This document shows positions 42,621 through 57,376 of a DNA stretch of 64,000 nucleotides, one piece after another (position 1 is the stretch's first letter; each line of letters starts with the position of its first letter). The DNA is taken from NCBI GenBank assembly GCA_964016885.1, contig OZ024754.1:15810001-15874000 (forward strand), read 5' to 3'. The position numbers and the translations under genes were made by a program. Below the pieces are notes generated by a model that saw only the letters and a list, made by a program, of their open reading frames with translations, did not search any database and was not told where the DNA came from. Source of the DNA: Eledone cirrhosa (Eukaryota).

Positions 42621-45373
42621 CTCTGTAAAATGGTGTTATGAAGAGCATGCAGTTTTAAAAACCATGATAAATTATGGAATGTATGAGCAAGACTTTCTCT
42701 AGTCTTAGAATATGGCAATCCGTCCAACTCTTGCTATCCTGGAAAAACGGATGAGGACAATGTTTAATACAGGGTGTGTGGGGGTGGATGGAGTAAAGCT
42801 GGAGGTGCAGTAATGGTGGTATATGTAATTTGCTGGTTATATGATGTGTTTTAGTTATTAAGGTGGGGATACATGTACCAGGATAGCTGGGCTGGAATGA
42901 AAATAAAATGATAAAGATAAAACATGTCTACAAGTCTGTGTGTGTAGTGGCCTGCAATAATAGTACAAACCAGCTAATGAAAGGTTATCACCTCCACCTG
43001 CTCTGCCTCTCTGATATGCAGGACCCAAGGCATATGGTTCCTCATTAAAACATCTGGGGGACCCCCCCCCCCCCCCTATCAGATGCTACATTGTAGGAGG
43101 GCAACTAAACCTGCATAGTCGTGATCTGTAATTTACTGGTTATATAAGATAATTATTACTTAACGGAGTGCGGAGGGGGATCTTGTTAAATAAAAATGAA
43201 ATGAAAAATGTTCACTGATGTATGTTGGCTGGCGTCCTACAAAGTTATATCCATCACATCAGAGGTTTCCTTTATGGAAAACATGATTTGAAGCGTCTTG
43301 CTTAAGTAAACGACATACCATCCAGTGTTGGAATCGAACCCACAACACCATAATCACTAAACAAGAGATGGTGTATGTACCTTGTGTTTTATTTACTAAG
43401 GTGTAGGTAATGTATAACTTGCTAATTATGTAACATGTTTTAGTAACCAAGTTCACTCTTGCGATAAGATCAATCAATAGCTGTTAAACTAATTATATAA
43501 AATGTTTTAATACAGTGAATTAGCAGAGTAGTTAGAACGTCAGATAGAATGCTTTATGGAATTTGTTCCAGCTCTCTGCTCTCTCGGTTCGAATTCTGCC
43601 AAGGTCAACTTTGTCTTTCTTCCATTCAAGGTCAATAATAATAAAAAAAATTTTTTTTAAAAGTAGCAGTCTAGTACTAGGGTTGATTCTTCTTCTATAT
43701 CTCTTTTTCATTTCCATTCTCTCACTCTTTCTATCCTTCTCTAGAAGAAATCTGCTGTAGTCAATCAAACCTGGAAAGGAGATGGGCCTCGCCAGGTTTT
43801 AAAATGCCATATGTCAATATGGTGCCCCTACAACTCCCTCAGAAGTTATATGGAAAAAGGAAAGATAACATGTTTTAGTAACTAAGTTCAACACTTGTGA
43901 TAACACCAATCAATAACTGATAATCACTTCCCTTCCATTATTCCTTAAACATTTACATTTTAACTTAACACTTCATTGTCTAATTTGGGAGGTTCTTCTA
44001 TTTCCCTGCTGGATGCTCATAACTCTTAAGTCTCTAATGATTTAACAGAAAATATTTTAAAAAAAACAGGTTTACTAACTCAAATGTTTATAGTATCTTT
44101 ACTAGTGAACAAATCTTTGTGAAAATTTGCAGTATTGGAATAAAGACTTCAAATGTTAATGTGGTGCATTCATATTGTTTTGTATTTCTCAAGAATGTGG
44201 TTTGTTAACTTACAGTATCTTTATTTGTGGACAGATCTTTATGAACATTTTTAGTATTACAATAAAGACTTTAATAACTGATGTGATGCAGTCACCTTGT
44301 TGTTTTTTATGTTTTGATAATGTGGTTTCATGTGGTACAGGATGTTGAGAGACCTTTAACACCTTGTAATGATCTAGCAGAAAATATTTACAAGCTGGTT
44401 TGTTAATTCAAATGTTTATAGTATCTTTACTAGAGGGCAAATCAGAGAAAATTTGTAGTATTGGAGTAGGCTCTATCAATTTTAATGTGATGCTGTCCTA
44501 GTCATGTTTTATGCTGCTCAAGAATGTCTTGCTAATGTGGTTTCATGTGGTACAGGATGTTAAAAGTTAATGTGAAGCAGTTAATTGTAGTAGTAGCGAG
44601 TAAGTGTTGGGGGGTCACTTTCAATTAGACAATCATTTCACAACTATATTTCTATTGAAAGACTGCATCTGGTTTTCAAATCTTTTTTTGTGGTAGCAAG
44701 ATAAAGTTGGAGAAGAGTGTCAGGTGCTCTTTTGTTTTAAGTCTCTCTTAAGTATCACCAGAAATTTGGTAATCTTTGTATATCTTCACCCACTTATTCC
44801 TGAGAGGGTTGTGGAGCAGAGTCTTCAAACACCCCTTCCAGTGGGTCCTGTCAGAAGCAACCGTCTCCAACTGATCCGGCTGGGTCTCCTGCCTGTTGAT
44901 TTTACTTATAAAATCTGTCCAGCGATTCTTTCCTGAGACATTCTAACCACATGCCCATAGTAGTCGAGCTGGTATCTCTCAATTCGAAGAAATAGTGGCT
45001 CTGTCTGGAGGGACTTTCTTGTTATGAACCGTTGCTAAATTATGTTTGGAACATAACTTAGCAACGGTTCTTACATAAAATTATGACAGAAAAACCCAGA
45101 CCCCCCCTTGTAGGTGGACATGTTAGTACCACAACGAAAAAGTGTGTAGTCCATGCTGTAATATGGTTGGTGTTAGGAAAGGCATCCAACCGTAGAAAGC
45201 AAGTCTCTATGAGCAAGATGTGGTCAACTGACCTGAATTATTTTCTAACATGACAACCTGTCTAACTCATGCAAACATGGAAAATAGACACGGTGATGTG
45301 GTGGTGGTGATGATTTCTGTGTGAGGTTTGTTAACGTCACTAAAGTTTTTTTTTTTTTTTTTTCACACCTAGG

Positions 45374-45554
45374 ATGCCATTAACTGCTGGAGATGCAGCT
45401 AAAGGCAAATCTCTTTTTGTCAAGCGTTGTGCCCAGTGCCATACAGTAGAAAGTGGCGGAAAACACAAGACTGGACCAAACTTACATGGTCTTATAGATC
45501 GTAAAACTGGGCAAGCTCCAGGCTTTGCATACACTGAAGCCAATAAAAATAAAG
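45374..45554 (+). CDS. CYCS: Cytochrome c, coding exon 1
   Basis: Poly-T acceptor ...cacctag|gATG. Translation [60 protein letters not shown] includes CxxCH. Phase-1 donor G|GTAGGT at 45555. Confidence 0.97.
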
Positions 45555-46418
45555 GTAGGTTCTCCTTTATGATTTTCATCTGAGAATTTTGCATTGATTC
45601 TCTCTCGTGGCATAGTTGTGAGTGTGTGTTTGACTCGTGGTGGGTTCAATTCCTGGACCGAGCAACGCGTTATGTTCTTAAGATACTGTTTATCACATTG
45701 CTCTTAATATGGTTGACCATTAAAACATTGTAGAATTTGAAGTTGATGAAAACTGGCAAAAAATATTGACACCAAATATAAGCCAACCCTATTTTCCCAT
45801 CAAATTTGTTTGTCACATATTTCTCAGCTTATATACAGTACTATAATATATAACTGTTTCTTGTGTGAATACGAAATTTACAGCGCCAGCTCCACCTACA
45901 CACACGGACAATATAACTGTTTATTTTAAAGTGTTAATACATGATTTCAAGGCAGTAAATTGGCAGAGTTGTTAGAATGTCAGATAGAATGCTTTGCGGT
46001 ATTCGTTTCAGTTCTCTACTCAGTTCAAAACCTACCGAGATCAGCTTTGCCTTTCATCCATTCAAGGGTAATAAAAACTACGTCTAGTACTGGAGTCGAT
46101 AGTTTCCCTTTATCTCTTTCTCACTTCCACTCTCTCACTCTGTATCCTTCTCTGGTCCAGTAGACAAAGATCTGGGTAGAGGTGGTGAGAGATGATCTTA
46201 AATAGCTGAAGCTATTTAAGGAGATGACAAAGGGGAGAAGTGAAGCTGTGCTGGGAAAACCCACTCAAACCATACAAGTGTGGAGAGGCGATCATAGAAT
46301 GATGATGATAGTGATTAGAATTTTAGTAAATGATATTGTGGAAAATGGCCGTAAAACAGTGATGATGATGATATATAACAAAATTATTGACTATATCTAT
46401 TTCTATATTTTCTTGCAG

Positions 46419-46567
46419 GTATTAATTGGACAAAGGAAAATCTGTTTGAATATTTAAAGAACCCTAAAGCCTACATTCCTGGCACAAAAATGGTGTTTGC
46501 AGGCATCAAGAAAGAAAAAGAACGATCCGACATTATTGCCTACCTAGACGAATCCTGTAAATCATAA
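46419..46567 (+). CDS. CYCS: Cytochrome c, coding exon 2 (total protein 109 aa)
   Basis: Acceptor ttttcttgcag|GT. Translation (G)[48 protein letters not shown] has Trp59, Tyr67 and Met80 intact. AATAAA at 46608 and 46746. Confidence 0.97.
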
Positions 46568-48484
46568 TGATAATGAACTTAGTCTTCTCAAAATGATAGG
46601 ATTAGATAATAAAATAGGAAAAAAAAAAAGAAAAAAAAACTAATGGATTTTGTTTGATTTGTGTGTCTTGTAAAATTTTGTAAATATGAAAACTATCAGA
46701 ATATTGCTGGGGAAACACCAGAAATCGTTTTTAAAATATAAAAAAAATAAAGATCTCAGAGCAACATATGAGCAGTGTGACTAATTATTAAATGGTGTGT
46801 GTTAGACTACTGTTCTGGTGTGTGTTAAACCTCCTTAGCACACCCAACAACTGTTGGCACTAAATTGTAGAATTATTTAAACTGGCCATATCCGGCCAGA
46901 ATTCTCTCATCTCTTTCTGTTCAAACTGGCTGTAACCGGCTGCTCATGTTTATGTTAAGGTATTTTTCTCAAAATGAATAACATTAAAATCGCATAAATT
47001 CGATATTATGTGAGATAAAGCCTTTACCACAAAAATACAATAGTATATATAGAGTAAATGCTAAAGAAATATTGGCACTAAATTGTAGAATTATTTAACC
47101 TATTTGTTACCATATTTATAATGAAAGACACTGTCTATGATTTTCAAATATCATAATTTTGAAAAGAAATGTTTTGAGGGGTTTAGTAATATAACTAATT
47201 TTCTCCTTATTAAGCTGGTGTTTTGAACTTAACTTAAAGGTTCTTACATAAAATTATGATCGAAGGTTTTTAGATAAATATAAATTCTTGAATGCTTTTG
47301 TTGCCTTATTTCTATTGATTTAGCAGTATAATTAACTTTCTCATTAAGTTGGTGTTTGGAACATAACTTAACAAAAATTCTTACATAAAGCAGTTCTGTA
47401 TCATAAAACCAGTGTTAATTTCAGGAGGGTTGGTATAAAAAAGATTAAACTATAGGGCTATCACTAGTGCAGTGTGCAGTAGAGAAGGAGGTGTCTAACT
47501 AAAAACATCTAGTTGTGTATAAGAACCCCCTCATCTATCAAGTTATCACACTCATCCTCCTGGTTTCAATGTACAGACATGAAAAAACTTCCCAACCAAT
47601 GTCAGGTAACAAATTTCAGAGTTGCAATTATCAAGTGAAATTGTAGAGAGGTGTGGATGTGTGGTGGAGGTAAAATTGTAGAGATAGGGGATGTGATGTG
47701 TACTATCTCTCTCACACACACACTCTTTCCATCTCTCTTTCACACTCACACACCCTCTTTACTTCCCCTTTCAAGATGATTACTTTAATGAAAAAGATGA
47801 GCTATTGAAAGAATTGAGATTTCTATTTGGAGTGAACACAGGAATAAATACATGAAAGATCATAGAATGGTTTGGACCAACCCCTGAATAGAATGTCATT
47901 GTGTGGTGTCAAAGTTCCCACCCTCCACTTCTAGAATAAGGACAAGTTACTGCAATAATTTGGGGTTCAAAGTGCTGCTAAAATACGTGAAAGATCTATA
48001 TGGGGGTGGATGTAGATGTTTTCAAGAAAAATCTCAACACAACATTCTGCTCTGTCCATTGTAGTAATAGTATTGCTAGTGAGGCCACTTCCATATCAGT
48101 TTTTTGTTTATATTATGCTGTGACTCTAAAGATTACTTCACTAAATCTTTTATGTACATAACATCAGATGGTGTCGTCAAAGTCTGATGATGTAAGCCAG
48201 CCATAGAAATAGGTATTGTGTAATTATGCAACAATAAAGGAAGGTATTGGAATCGGGCCATCTTATATGTTCATTGTAGTATCTATATATATATATATAT
48301 ACATATAACAATTACATGTGTGAAGAGCAAATAAGGGAGTTGGGGCAAAATAATAAGATACATACACTTATGAATACATAAGTATAAACACATATATGTG
48401 GTGTCAACATGCAGTTGTTTTTGACTCAACATATGAATTACTTTTCATAGTTGTTCCTGTGGTCAACCATGGGTACCATAAGTA

Positions 48485-50456
48485 CCATATTTTTCAGATG
48501 ATAAGGTGCACTACCTATGAACGGGTCTACTTTCATACATATAGCAAAACAAAACTTTTAGGTAGATATAGACTTTATTCAAGCCATTCACATTAATAAT
48601 ACTCAATATTGTTCACTTTAATAATACAGAAAATTGTCAAAGTCACTTTATTCCCGTTCCTCTCCTTGATCCACAAACCCATCAAAGTCTACATCCTCTG
48701 TATCCTAGTTTAACAGTTGGGCGATATCGGCATCAAGCATGCCCGGGTCCCTCTCAGTATCGTCGCTGTTACCTGGCTGTTCAGTGATGATTCCGGCCTT
48801 CACAAAAGCTCAGACGACAGTTGAGACTGGTATCTTGGCCAGGGCCTCGACGATCCATTGACGGACACCGGCGTTGCCTCCCTGTCTTGGTGAAAGTGTG
48901 CTTGCCTTCTGTCATCCACGGCTCACAATTTAACCTTAAACGACTTGTTAATACTAATATCTAGCAGTTGGAGTTCTTTGGGCAATCCTCCCGGAATGAT
49001 GGCAAGCTCCAAGTTAGTTTGCTTCACTTGGTTTTTGACGGTATTGGTGAGATGGGCGCACATTGAGTCAGATCAATAGGGACGGAGATGTGTAGTACAA
49101 ACCACCCGGTCTCTTGACGTACACTTCTCCCAGCCACTCGCTCATCTTCTCTTTGTCCATCCAGCCTTTTGGGTTGACCTTGACGATGACTCCGGCCGGA
49201 AACTTTTCCTTCGGCAGTGTTTTCCTCTTGAAAATGACCATGGGTGGTAGCTTCTTGTCATTGGCCTGGCAACCGAGAACTACTGTGAAAGATGACTTCT
49301 CATTCCCTGTGGTGCATATAGATACCGTACGGGTCCCTGTTAACTCGACAGTACGACTCATGGAGATGTCGAAGGTGAGGGACACCTCATCCTTGTTGGA
49401 GATGTGGGCTGGCTGGATCTTTTCAGTGATCTTGTTCTTGCAGTATGTGCAGAAGATGGCCAGCTTTTCTTCGTAATTCTCTGGCAGCTTGCTGCAAGAT
49501 GGTAGCTCTTGTGTGAATTGAGAGATGACGCCTTTTCATAAAATGAAAGCACCAAGAGGGACCTCCTTGAAAATCGTTGATCTTCATGTCATGTGCCATC
49601 GTTGTCGAATGGAGACTGTGGATATGCTTCTACCTGCTGTTCTCTGTTCAATTATGTCCTCTAGCTGTGACCACCTTGCTCTGTTCCCTCGGAAACTCTG
49701 GTCTTCTTGACTTGGTGCAGGTTATCTTCTTGCTTCCTCCACTTCTGTACCATTGACTCGATAATGCTGAACTCTTTCGCAGCTGCTCTATTCCCATGTT
49801 CTCTTTTGTAACTATGGCCTTGAGTTTGAAATCCGCTTGGGAAGCATGTCTCTTCACAGGTGCCATTTTTAGGTGTACTAATAATATGTTGAAGTACAAT
49901 GCGTGTCATAACAAGTGGCAAAGGTGAGTGCAAAAACCTCATCTTGGTAATTGGATAGCTACTCTTCTCTGATTGGCTCATCGTGGAGGGTGAAAGCTAG
50001 GCTGCCTAGTGAGTAAACAATGACTCACCTCTCACGGCATGGCTAGATCATGATCTAGACACTGTCTAGTAGACATATTTTGAAAATGTTTGAATTTAAA
50101 GGGAGGCTGTGAATGAAATTTGAAGCATTTTTTCATTACAAAGATGCCGACCACAGTGTAAACTTCCGAAAAGTCAAAATGCCAGCGTAAATTGTAATTA
50201 TAAGGCTCACTGCGCAGCTTTAGTTTGTTGCTCATGCTAGTGCCGTTGGGAATTTTCCATTAGCGCATGGGCGTAAAAGCAGACTCGCTGTAATTTGATT
50301 GGCTACTGAATCGATCATTAGCAGAGAAATTGCTTCTGCTTTCAATCATGAGTTAAATTTGGCTCACTAAATGATGTCAAAGTCATATAAGACGCACTGC
50401 CGATTTTTTAACAAATTTAAGTATTTTGAATGCGCCTTAGAGTCCGGAAAATACAG
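48485..50456 (-). mobile_element. pogo/Tigger-family DNA transposon with disrupted transposase
   Basis: Imperfect TIRs (CCATATTTTTCAGA.../...TCCGGAAAATACAG) flanked by TA. Minus-strand fragments MAPVKRHA..DFKLKAI, HGNRAAAKEF, and ..LTFD...TTGNEKSSFTVVLGCQAN.KKLPPMVIFKRK...GWMD (DDE_1-like), with several frameshifts. Confidence 0.88.
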
Positions 50457-51059
50457 TAATAATTCCAGGAGTATTTACATAGAAATCAATAAATTACATG
50501 AATGCTCCAAATTCCATAATTGAAGGTCCAATATTTATTACAGAACTTACACGTGTTTCATTAATATGTATGTGATTACATCTAGAATCTATAATTCCAA
50601 TTTACATATCAGGTTAAATAGACTTCAAATATGTTGCATCATAAGTTTACATATCAACTTATCAAAGCAGCTGACTTGTTGAATATAGGTTAATTTTTTA
50701 TCAGATAGTAGTAATTCATTTTGACATTTTAATGTTTTCATAGATAAGATTCTTTCAGTCATTACCCAAGTTTCATGATCATGGGTAAGGGCACATTCTT
50801 TCAAAAATCATAAACTCTAAAATTCTACCAACAAAATATGGGAACTAGAGTGGACTAGAATTAAGTGTGAGATTTCTTGGTCTATCCTAGGATTTGCTGA
50901 CCACTACAAACAAGATACAGGTATTTGTATACTGGAACTGTACTACATTATTACCAGAAAAAAATTAATAAATAATAGAATGGAATGCATTTTCAGATGT
51001 AGACAAACTATTTAAAACATTCTTCTATTATAAACCTAACTAGCATAGGATCTGATCCC

Positions 51060-53851
51060 ACAACCAAACCGTGAGGATAGCGATGGCAAACGTGTACATC
51101 GCGTCTGTCAGACACTACTGCCTGGCCATCGTGCCATGCCTCTATTCGCACTTCACCAAATTGAAATGTTTTTTGTGGAAGGGACAGATTCCATTGTTGA
51201 GGCGGTCCATCTGCTGCCAACACCGTCTATGCGGAGGGCTGGGCATGCCGTGGCTGATGATGCATAAGGTGTGGTCGCCGTTTGTGAGACAGGCCTTTCC
51301 GCAGCTCATCTCTTTGACTGAGCTGCAGTCCTGGGTCATGAAGAGACTGAGACTGGGTACCTGGCATCTGGAATGTTGCCAGGTGCTCAAAGCTCTCCAC
51401 CAGGTGGGCAATGTGGTCTGGAAATTCCACTCATGAGTTCTATAGAGGATTAGTATGATGATACTCTTGGAGGGGCACTGGGTGTCGACGAAATCGAACT
51501 GACCAGGGACTATGAATAACTTCCAGAAATCCCTCGCTTGGCAGTGCTACCAGGGAGCACTGCTGGTTTGAGATAAACTCTACAGGAAATGCTGTCAAAC
51601 CGAGATGTACACAGTGACGAATCCATTCTGCACGCACTCGTCCAATGTCCTTGCATTACCGACTTATTACTGAGTTATGTCAAACGGCTGTTGTATGTAG
51701 AATGGATCCAGCTATCAACCAAATCCATAGTGAAAATCGTCTCACCACCTTCTTTTGGTCGGGAAGGGCAGGCAATTTTCCTCTGTCTGGTGGCGGTAGC
51801 AAAAGAGATTGTGTGGTGGACCAGGTTGAAAGGACTGAAGATGGTCACTTTTCTTTTCAGTCAATCCCTCATCGACTCTTTCAAGTTTCACTTGGAAAGG
51901 AAAGTCGGGTGGTTCAGGATTGGCAGGGTACCTGAGTCACCCCTGGCTGGTTATCACCCCGATTGGCGAATTCATTTTGTAATAATTTTCTTGTTAAATG
52001 TTTTTGTTATCTTCGACTTTTACTCAATTGTAAACCCACACGGCCCGTGTCTTTGTATTGTCCCCTATATGTAGTCCCTTGTGGCTCACCCAGAAATGGG
52101 CCGAGAGGAAGCTGTCCCTGAAAGGCCCGGGCGGAGGTGGCGAATGCATACATCGCATCCGTCATCTGCTACCGCCTCACCGTCGTCCCTTGCCCCAGCC
52201 CAACTCTCACAAAAATGGAGCGCCTTCTCTTCCACTTTTTGTGGAAGGGACGCGCTCCCATGGTCAGATGATCCATCTGCTGTCAACACCCATTGCGTGG
52301 AGGACTGGGCATGCCATGGCTGATGATGCGCAAACATGCGCTGTGGCTGCAACATCTCTAGTGCTTCCTTGACGGTCAACAGGTGTGGTCGCCGTTCACC
52401 AGGCACATTTTCCCACAGCTCGTCTCCTTGACGGAGCTGCAGTCCTGGGTCAGGAAAAGTCTGAGGGATAGCGCTTGGAAACTGGAATGTCTCCAGGTGC
52501 TCACTGCCCTCTGCCAGCTGGGCACCAGTATCGGTGGAACATCCACCTCAGCGTTCTATAGAGGACTAGTGGAGGGGAAGAGCGACGACATTCTCGGAGA
52601 GATCCTGGGCGTCGAAGAAGATCAGCTGTTTGCTCTCTTCGGGAGAACTTTCAGCCCAGGACCCATGGATAACTTCCAAAAATCCCTGGCCTGTCAGTGC
52701 TACCGGGGAGCGTTGCCAGTTCGAGATAAGCTCTACAGGCACGGAAGTACCGTCAGCCGAGCCTGTCCGAGAAGCGTGAAGAGCGACGAAACTGTCGTGC
52801 ACGCACTCGTTCAGTGCCCGAGCATTGTTGACTTGTGGAGCTATGTTGAACAGTTGCTGTCGTGTGTAGGACTGATACGATTCTCGACTGAGTCCATTGT
52901 GCAGATGGTCTCGCCGTCTTTCTTCAAGGAGGAAGGGCAGGCGGTTTTCATCTGCCTGGTGGCCATGGCAAAAGATTGTGTGGTGGACAAGGCTGAAAGG
53001 GCTAAAGACAGACACTTTCCTCTTCGGCGAATCCCTATTTAATTTTTCAAGTTTCACTTGAAGAGGAAAATCAGGGTGGAGAGGCAAGTGCTGCCTTCTA
53101 GCAAGTTTATTGAAAGGTGGGTGAATGTAGGGAGAATGGTCCGAGTGGACGGGACCGCTCTGAATATACGTCTGTAGTTTGAGAGATGGAAAAATTGAGA
53201 GAGGGCGCTTGCCCTGGTGGTCAGGGTGGCCATGGTCTTTTGTGTGGTTTTCGCCACGAGTAACCCTCGGAGGTTTCCCCCCTATTGGGGAATTTTTCAT
53301 TGTTTCAATTTTCATTTTTATTATTTATATATATATGTTTCTATGTCTTTTTTTCTTTTCTTATATAAATAATAAAAATCTTTACACGCACAAAACCCAC
53401 ATCGTACCGTCCTGTGCTGTGTGTAATGTTTTTCTTGATGTCAGCCCTTGTGGCCAATAATCGGTAGAGGGTCGGACGCCATGCTTTGCAGCAAAGAGTT
53501 ACAACCCTTTATGGTCTGAGTTCAAATCCCGCCGAGGTTAACTTTGCCTTTCATCCTTACGGAGTCGATAAAATAAAGTACCAGTAACACACTGGAATAA
53601 TTGCTGGCCTTGTGCCAAAAGTAGAAACAATTATTTATGTCTATATTCCCTGCTAGCAAGGATTGGATGGTTTATCATAGACAAAGTCAGTACTCAATCA
53701 GAACCACTGATGTTGCACTCCACAGAGTGCACCATATGTTTTTCAAATCATCAACACTAGAGAGGTTGTCGTTTCCTTGACACAACTGAAGTAAAATAAA
53801 GTACCAGTAATACACTGGGTAATTGCTGGCCTTATGCCAAAAGTAGAAACA

Positions 53852-53902
<51 letters not shown>

Positions 53903-56019
53903 TATCTGGCAGCAGTCCTAAGAGCAGCTGGCAGCTGGCTTTGGGCCTGTCTTCAGAAATTGGATTGCTGCCACGCACAGCGACATCTGCTCTGTGGTGA
54001 GGATGAACGGTCACCTTTCAGAACCGTTCAACATCATGCGCTCAAATCGCCAAGGATGTCCTCTCTCGTCCTTGTTATACGTATTGACTCTCGAGCCATC
54101 ACTGCACAGACTGGAGATGTTGAGGGAGATCCCACATGAACTAGGATGCAGAAGAACAGTGTCAGCTTATGCAGACGACGTCACCGTAGTGATGTCGAAC
54201 GCCAAACACTTCGAGGGGAATACCACACTAAGAGAATATGAGGTAGTGACAGGAAAAATCAGTAGGCCTGCAACTCAGCACCTGGAGAGGCAGGTCCATG
54301 CCATCCAACAGCGTCATCGGGCGCTGGACGGATGGACCAGTTAAATTGCTAGGGGTCTGGTTCAGTTCAGACCTCCAGACGGACAAAAACTGGGAGGAGG
54401 TCACAAGCAAGGTGGTTTCTCTCACCCAGAAATGGGCGGGGAGGAAGCTATCCCTGAAAGGTCGAGCGGAGGTGGCGAATGCGTACATCGTGTCCGTCAT
54501 CTACTACCGCCTGACCATCGTGCCTTGTCCTAAACCTCACCTAACTGCACTGGAGTGTTTGCTCTTTCGCTTTTTGTGGAAGGGACATGCTCCAATGGTC
54601 AGGTGGTCCATCTGCTGTCAACACCCGCTACGCGGAGGGCTGGGCATGTCGTGGCTGATAATGCGCAGACACGCGCTCAGGCTACAAGATCTCCACCTCT
54701 TCATGTTTCCCCAGCTTCTCTCCTTGCTGGAGCTGCAGTCCTGGGTCAAGCAAAGACCGACAGGAAGCGCTTGGAGACTAGAATGTCTTCAGGCACTTAC
54801 AGCCCTTGACCAGTTGAGCAATACAATCGCTGGAAACTCCACCTTGGCGTTTTATAGAGGATTAGTGGAGGGAAAGAGCAACAACGTCCTTGGGGAGACT
54901 CTAGGCGTCAACGAAAACCAACTAGTCAATCTCTTTGGGAGAACTTTTGGGCCGGGGCCCAAGGACAACTTCCAGAAATCCCTGGCCTGGCAATGCTACC
55001 GAGGAGCCTTGCCAGTTTGGGATAAACTCTACAGGTATGGAAGTGCCATCAGCCCGGCCTGTCCGAGATGCGCACAGGGCGATGAAACCATCCTGCACGC
55101 ACTCGTCCAGTGTCCGAGCATTGCTGACTTGTGGGTTTATGCCGAACACCTGCTGTCACGTATAGAACGGATCCGGCTATCAGCTGAGTCCATCATGAAA
55201 ATTTCCCCACTGCCTTCCTTTAGTCGGGAAGGGCAGGCAGTTTTTATCTGCCTAATGGCCATGGTAAAAGAGATAGTATGGTGGACACGTCTGAAAGGGT
55301 TGAAGACCGGTACTTTCCTCTTCGGTGACACCCTCATTAACTTTTTCAGGTTTCACCTGAAGAGGAATATCAGGGTGGAGAGGGAAGTGCTGACTTCCAG
55401 CCAGTTTGTTGAAAGGTGGGTGAGAGAGGCAAGAATGGCCTGTGTGAATGAGTTTACCCTAAGTGTGTGCCTGTAGCATTGTAGGAGGAAAACTGGAAGA
55501 GGGCATTTGCCCAAGCGATCAGGTTAACCCTCGGAGGTCTCCCCCCTATTGGGAATTTTTCATTGTTTCTTTTTGTCACTCTGTTTTTTTTTTACACACA
55601 GAAATGTCCATTTGTATTGTCCTGTGTTGTCCTTAATGTTATACTTTGTGTCAACCCTTGTGGTTAATAAAGAAATCATTATTATTATTATTTCTTCCCA
55701 GCATTTTGTTGAAAGATGGGTGAGAGAAGCAAGTATGGCCCGAATGAATGGGCCTTCTCTGAGTATGTGTCTGTAAATTAAAGGTGGAAAACTGGGAGAG
55801 GGCACTTGCCCTGGTGGTCAGGGCCACTGTGGTCTTTTAATGGGCTTTCTCCACAAATGTCCCTTGGAAGTCTCCCCCCTATTGGGGAATTTTTCTTTGT
55901 TATTTTATTTCAACCTCTGTTTTTTACACGCAGAAATGCCCATTTGTACCGTCCTGTATTGTCCTGTACTGTCCTTAATGTCTACTTTATGTGAACCCTT
56001 GTGGTTAATAAAGAAAACA

Positions 56020-56060
<41 letters not shown>

Positions 56061-57342
56061 AATAAAGTCCCAGTAATGTACTGGGTAATTGCTGGCCTTG
56101 TGCCAAAAGTAGAAACAATTATTATTATTATTATTATTATTTTATTATATGACAGATTAGCAAACTAGTAATGCGGGCGTTAACGGGGGCCATTGTCAAC
56201 AACAAATAATGGGTTGCCCTGAAAAGAGCAATTAGAATAGAGTCCATTAGGTTTAGTAAAGCGTTAGTAATAGAGAAAAATAGAGCAGAGGGAGAACTAT
56301 TTAGCAAATTAGACGAGACGCTTAGTAAAGGCATCATGACCAAGACATCGCGGCAGACACAAGGGGACGAAAGCCGCTCGATGGGCCCGAGTGGTAGAGG
56401 CGCGTCATGGCAACAAAACCTCGATCTAGTCTTTGGTGGACTATGACAATCGCATGTTACTCGATCCTGGGCAAATGTGTGAGGCTTTTCAGCGACACTT
56501 CACTCAGCTGTGTGGGGGCGGCGGTGGGCCGGATCATGGGATAGTCTTTAGTGCCTCGGCCACTGACGCGGAGTGTTGCAAAAAGCTGATAACAGCCACT
56601 GAAGTACGGGAGGCAATGACTGGCTGCACAATGGGTAAATCCCCTGGTTTGGATGGTCTGCCCTACGAACTTTACGTACACAGGCCAGACTTGTTCAGAG
56701 ACCTCTTGGCGGACGTCTCCTGCAACTGGCAGCAGAACGGGAGAATTCCCAGCTCTGAGCCAAGGAACAGTGACGCTGCTGAGCAACGATCCAAACAAGG
56801 GGGATAACATAGATAATTTCAGGCCCATAACTCTTCTAAACAAAGAGTTCAAGATTTTGGCCAAGGTGCTAGCAAAGAGGTTGCCACTTGTCGTTGGTGG
56901 TCTGGTGGGAGAGGCGCAGACATGTGCCATTCCAGACAGATCCATCAACGACAACCTCCACCTCATGCAATACATCGTGGAGAGGGTAGCTAGGGAACCT
57001 GGCATGGGTGGGTCCAGAAATGCCCATTTGTACTGTCCTGTATTGTCCTTAATGTTTTACTTTGTGTCAACCCCTGTTGTTAATAAAGAAAGCATTATTA
57101 TTATTATTAGGGAGAGGGCACTTGCCCTGGTGGTCAGGGTCACTGTGGCTTTTTAATGGGCTTTCTCCACGAATGTCCCTCGGAAGTCTCCCCCCTATTG
57201 GGGAATTTTTCATTGTTATTTTTTTGTTACATCCTTTGTTTTTGTTTTTTACACGCAGAAATGCCCATTTGTACCGTCCTGTATTGTCCTGTACTGTCCT
57301 TAATGTCTACTTTATGTAAACCCTTGTGGTTAATAAAGAAAG

Positions 57343-57360
<18 letters not shown>
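51060..57360 (+). mobile_element. Cluster of head-to-tail L1/Tx1-clade LINE fragments
   Basis: Repeated ORF2 3' ends at ~51070-52075, 52076-53460, 53900-55680 and 55700-56010, and a more 5' RT piece at 56350-57010 (KSPGLDGLPYE, NFRPITLLN.EFKILAKVLAKRL). RT motifs RQGCPLS and SAYADD at ~54050-54180. ORF 54298-55476 has GGLG and the zinc knuckle CPRC..DETILHALVQC. Shared 3' UTR with (TTA)n tails. Confidence 0.9.

Positions 57361-57376
<16 letters not shown>

Noticed and set aside
45027-45070. Hairpin gaaccgttgctaa...ttagcaacggttc upstream of the cytochrome c coding exon
   Set aside because: It overlaps a dispersed repeat fragment (tgtttggaacataactta, also ~47355 and ~60887) and there is no evidence of function.
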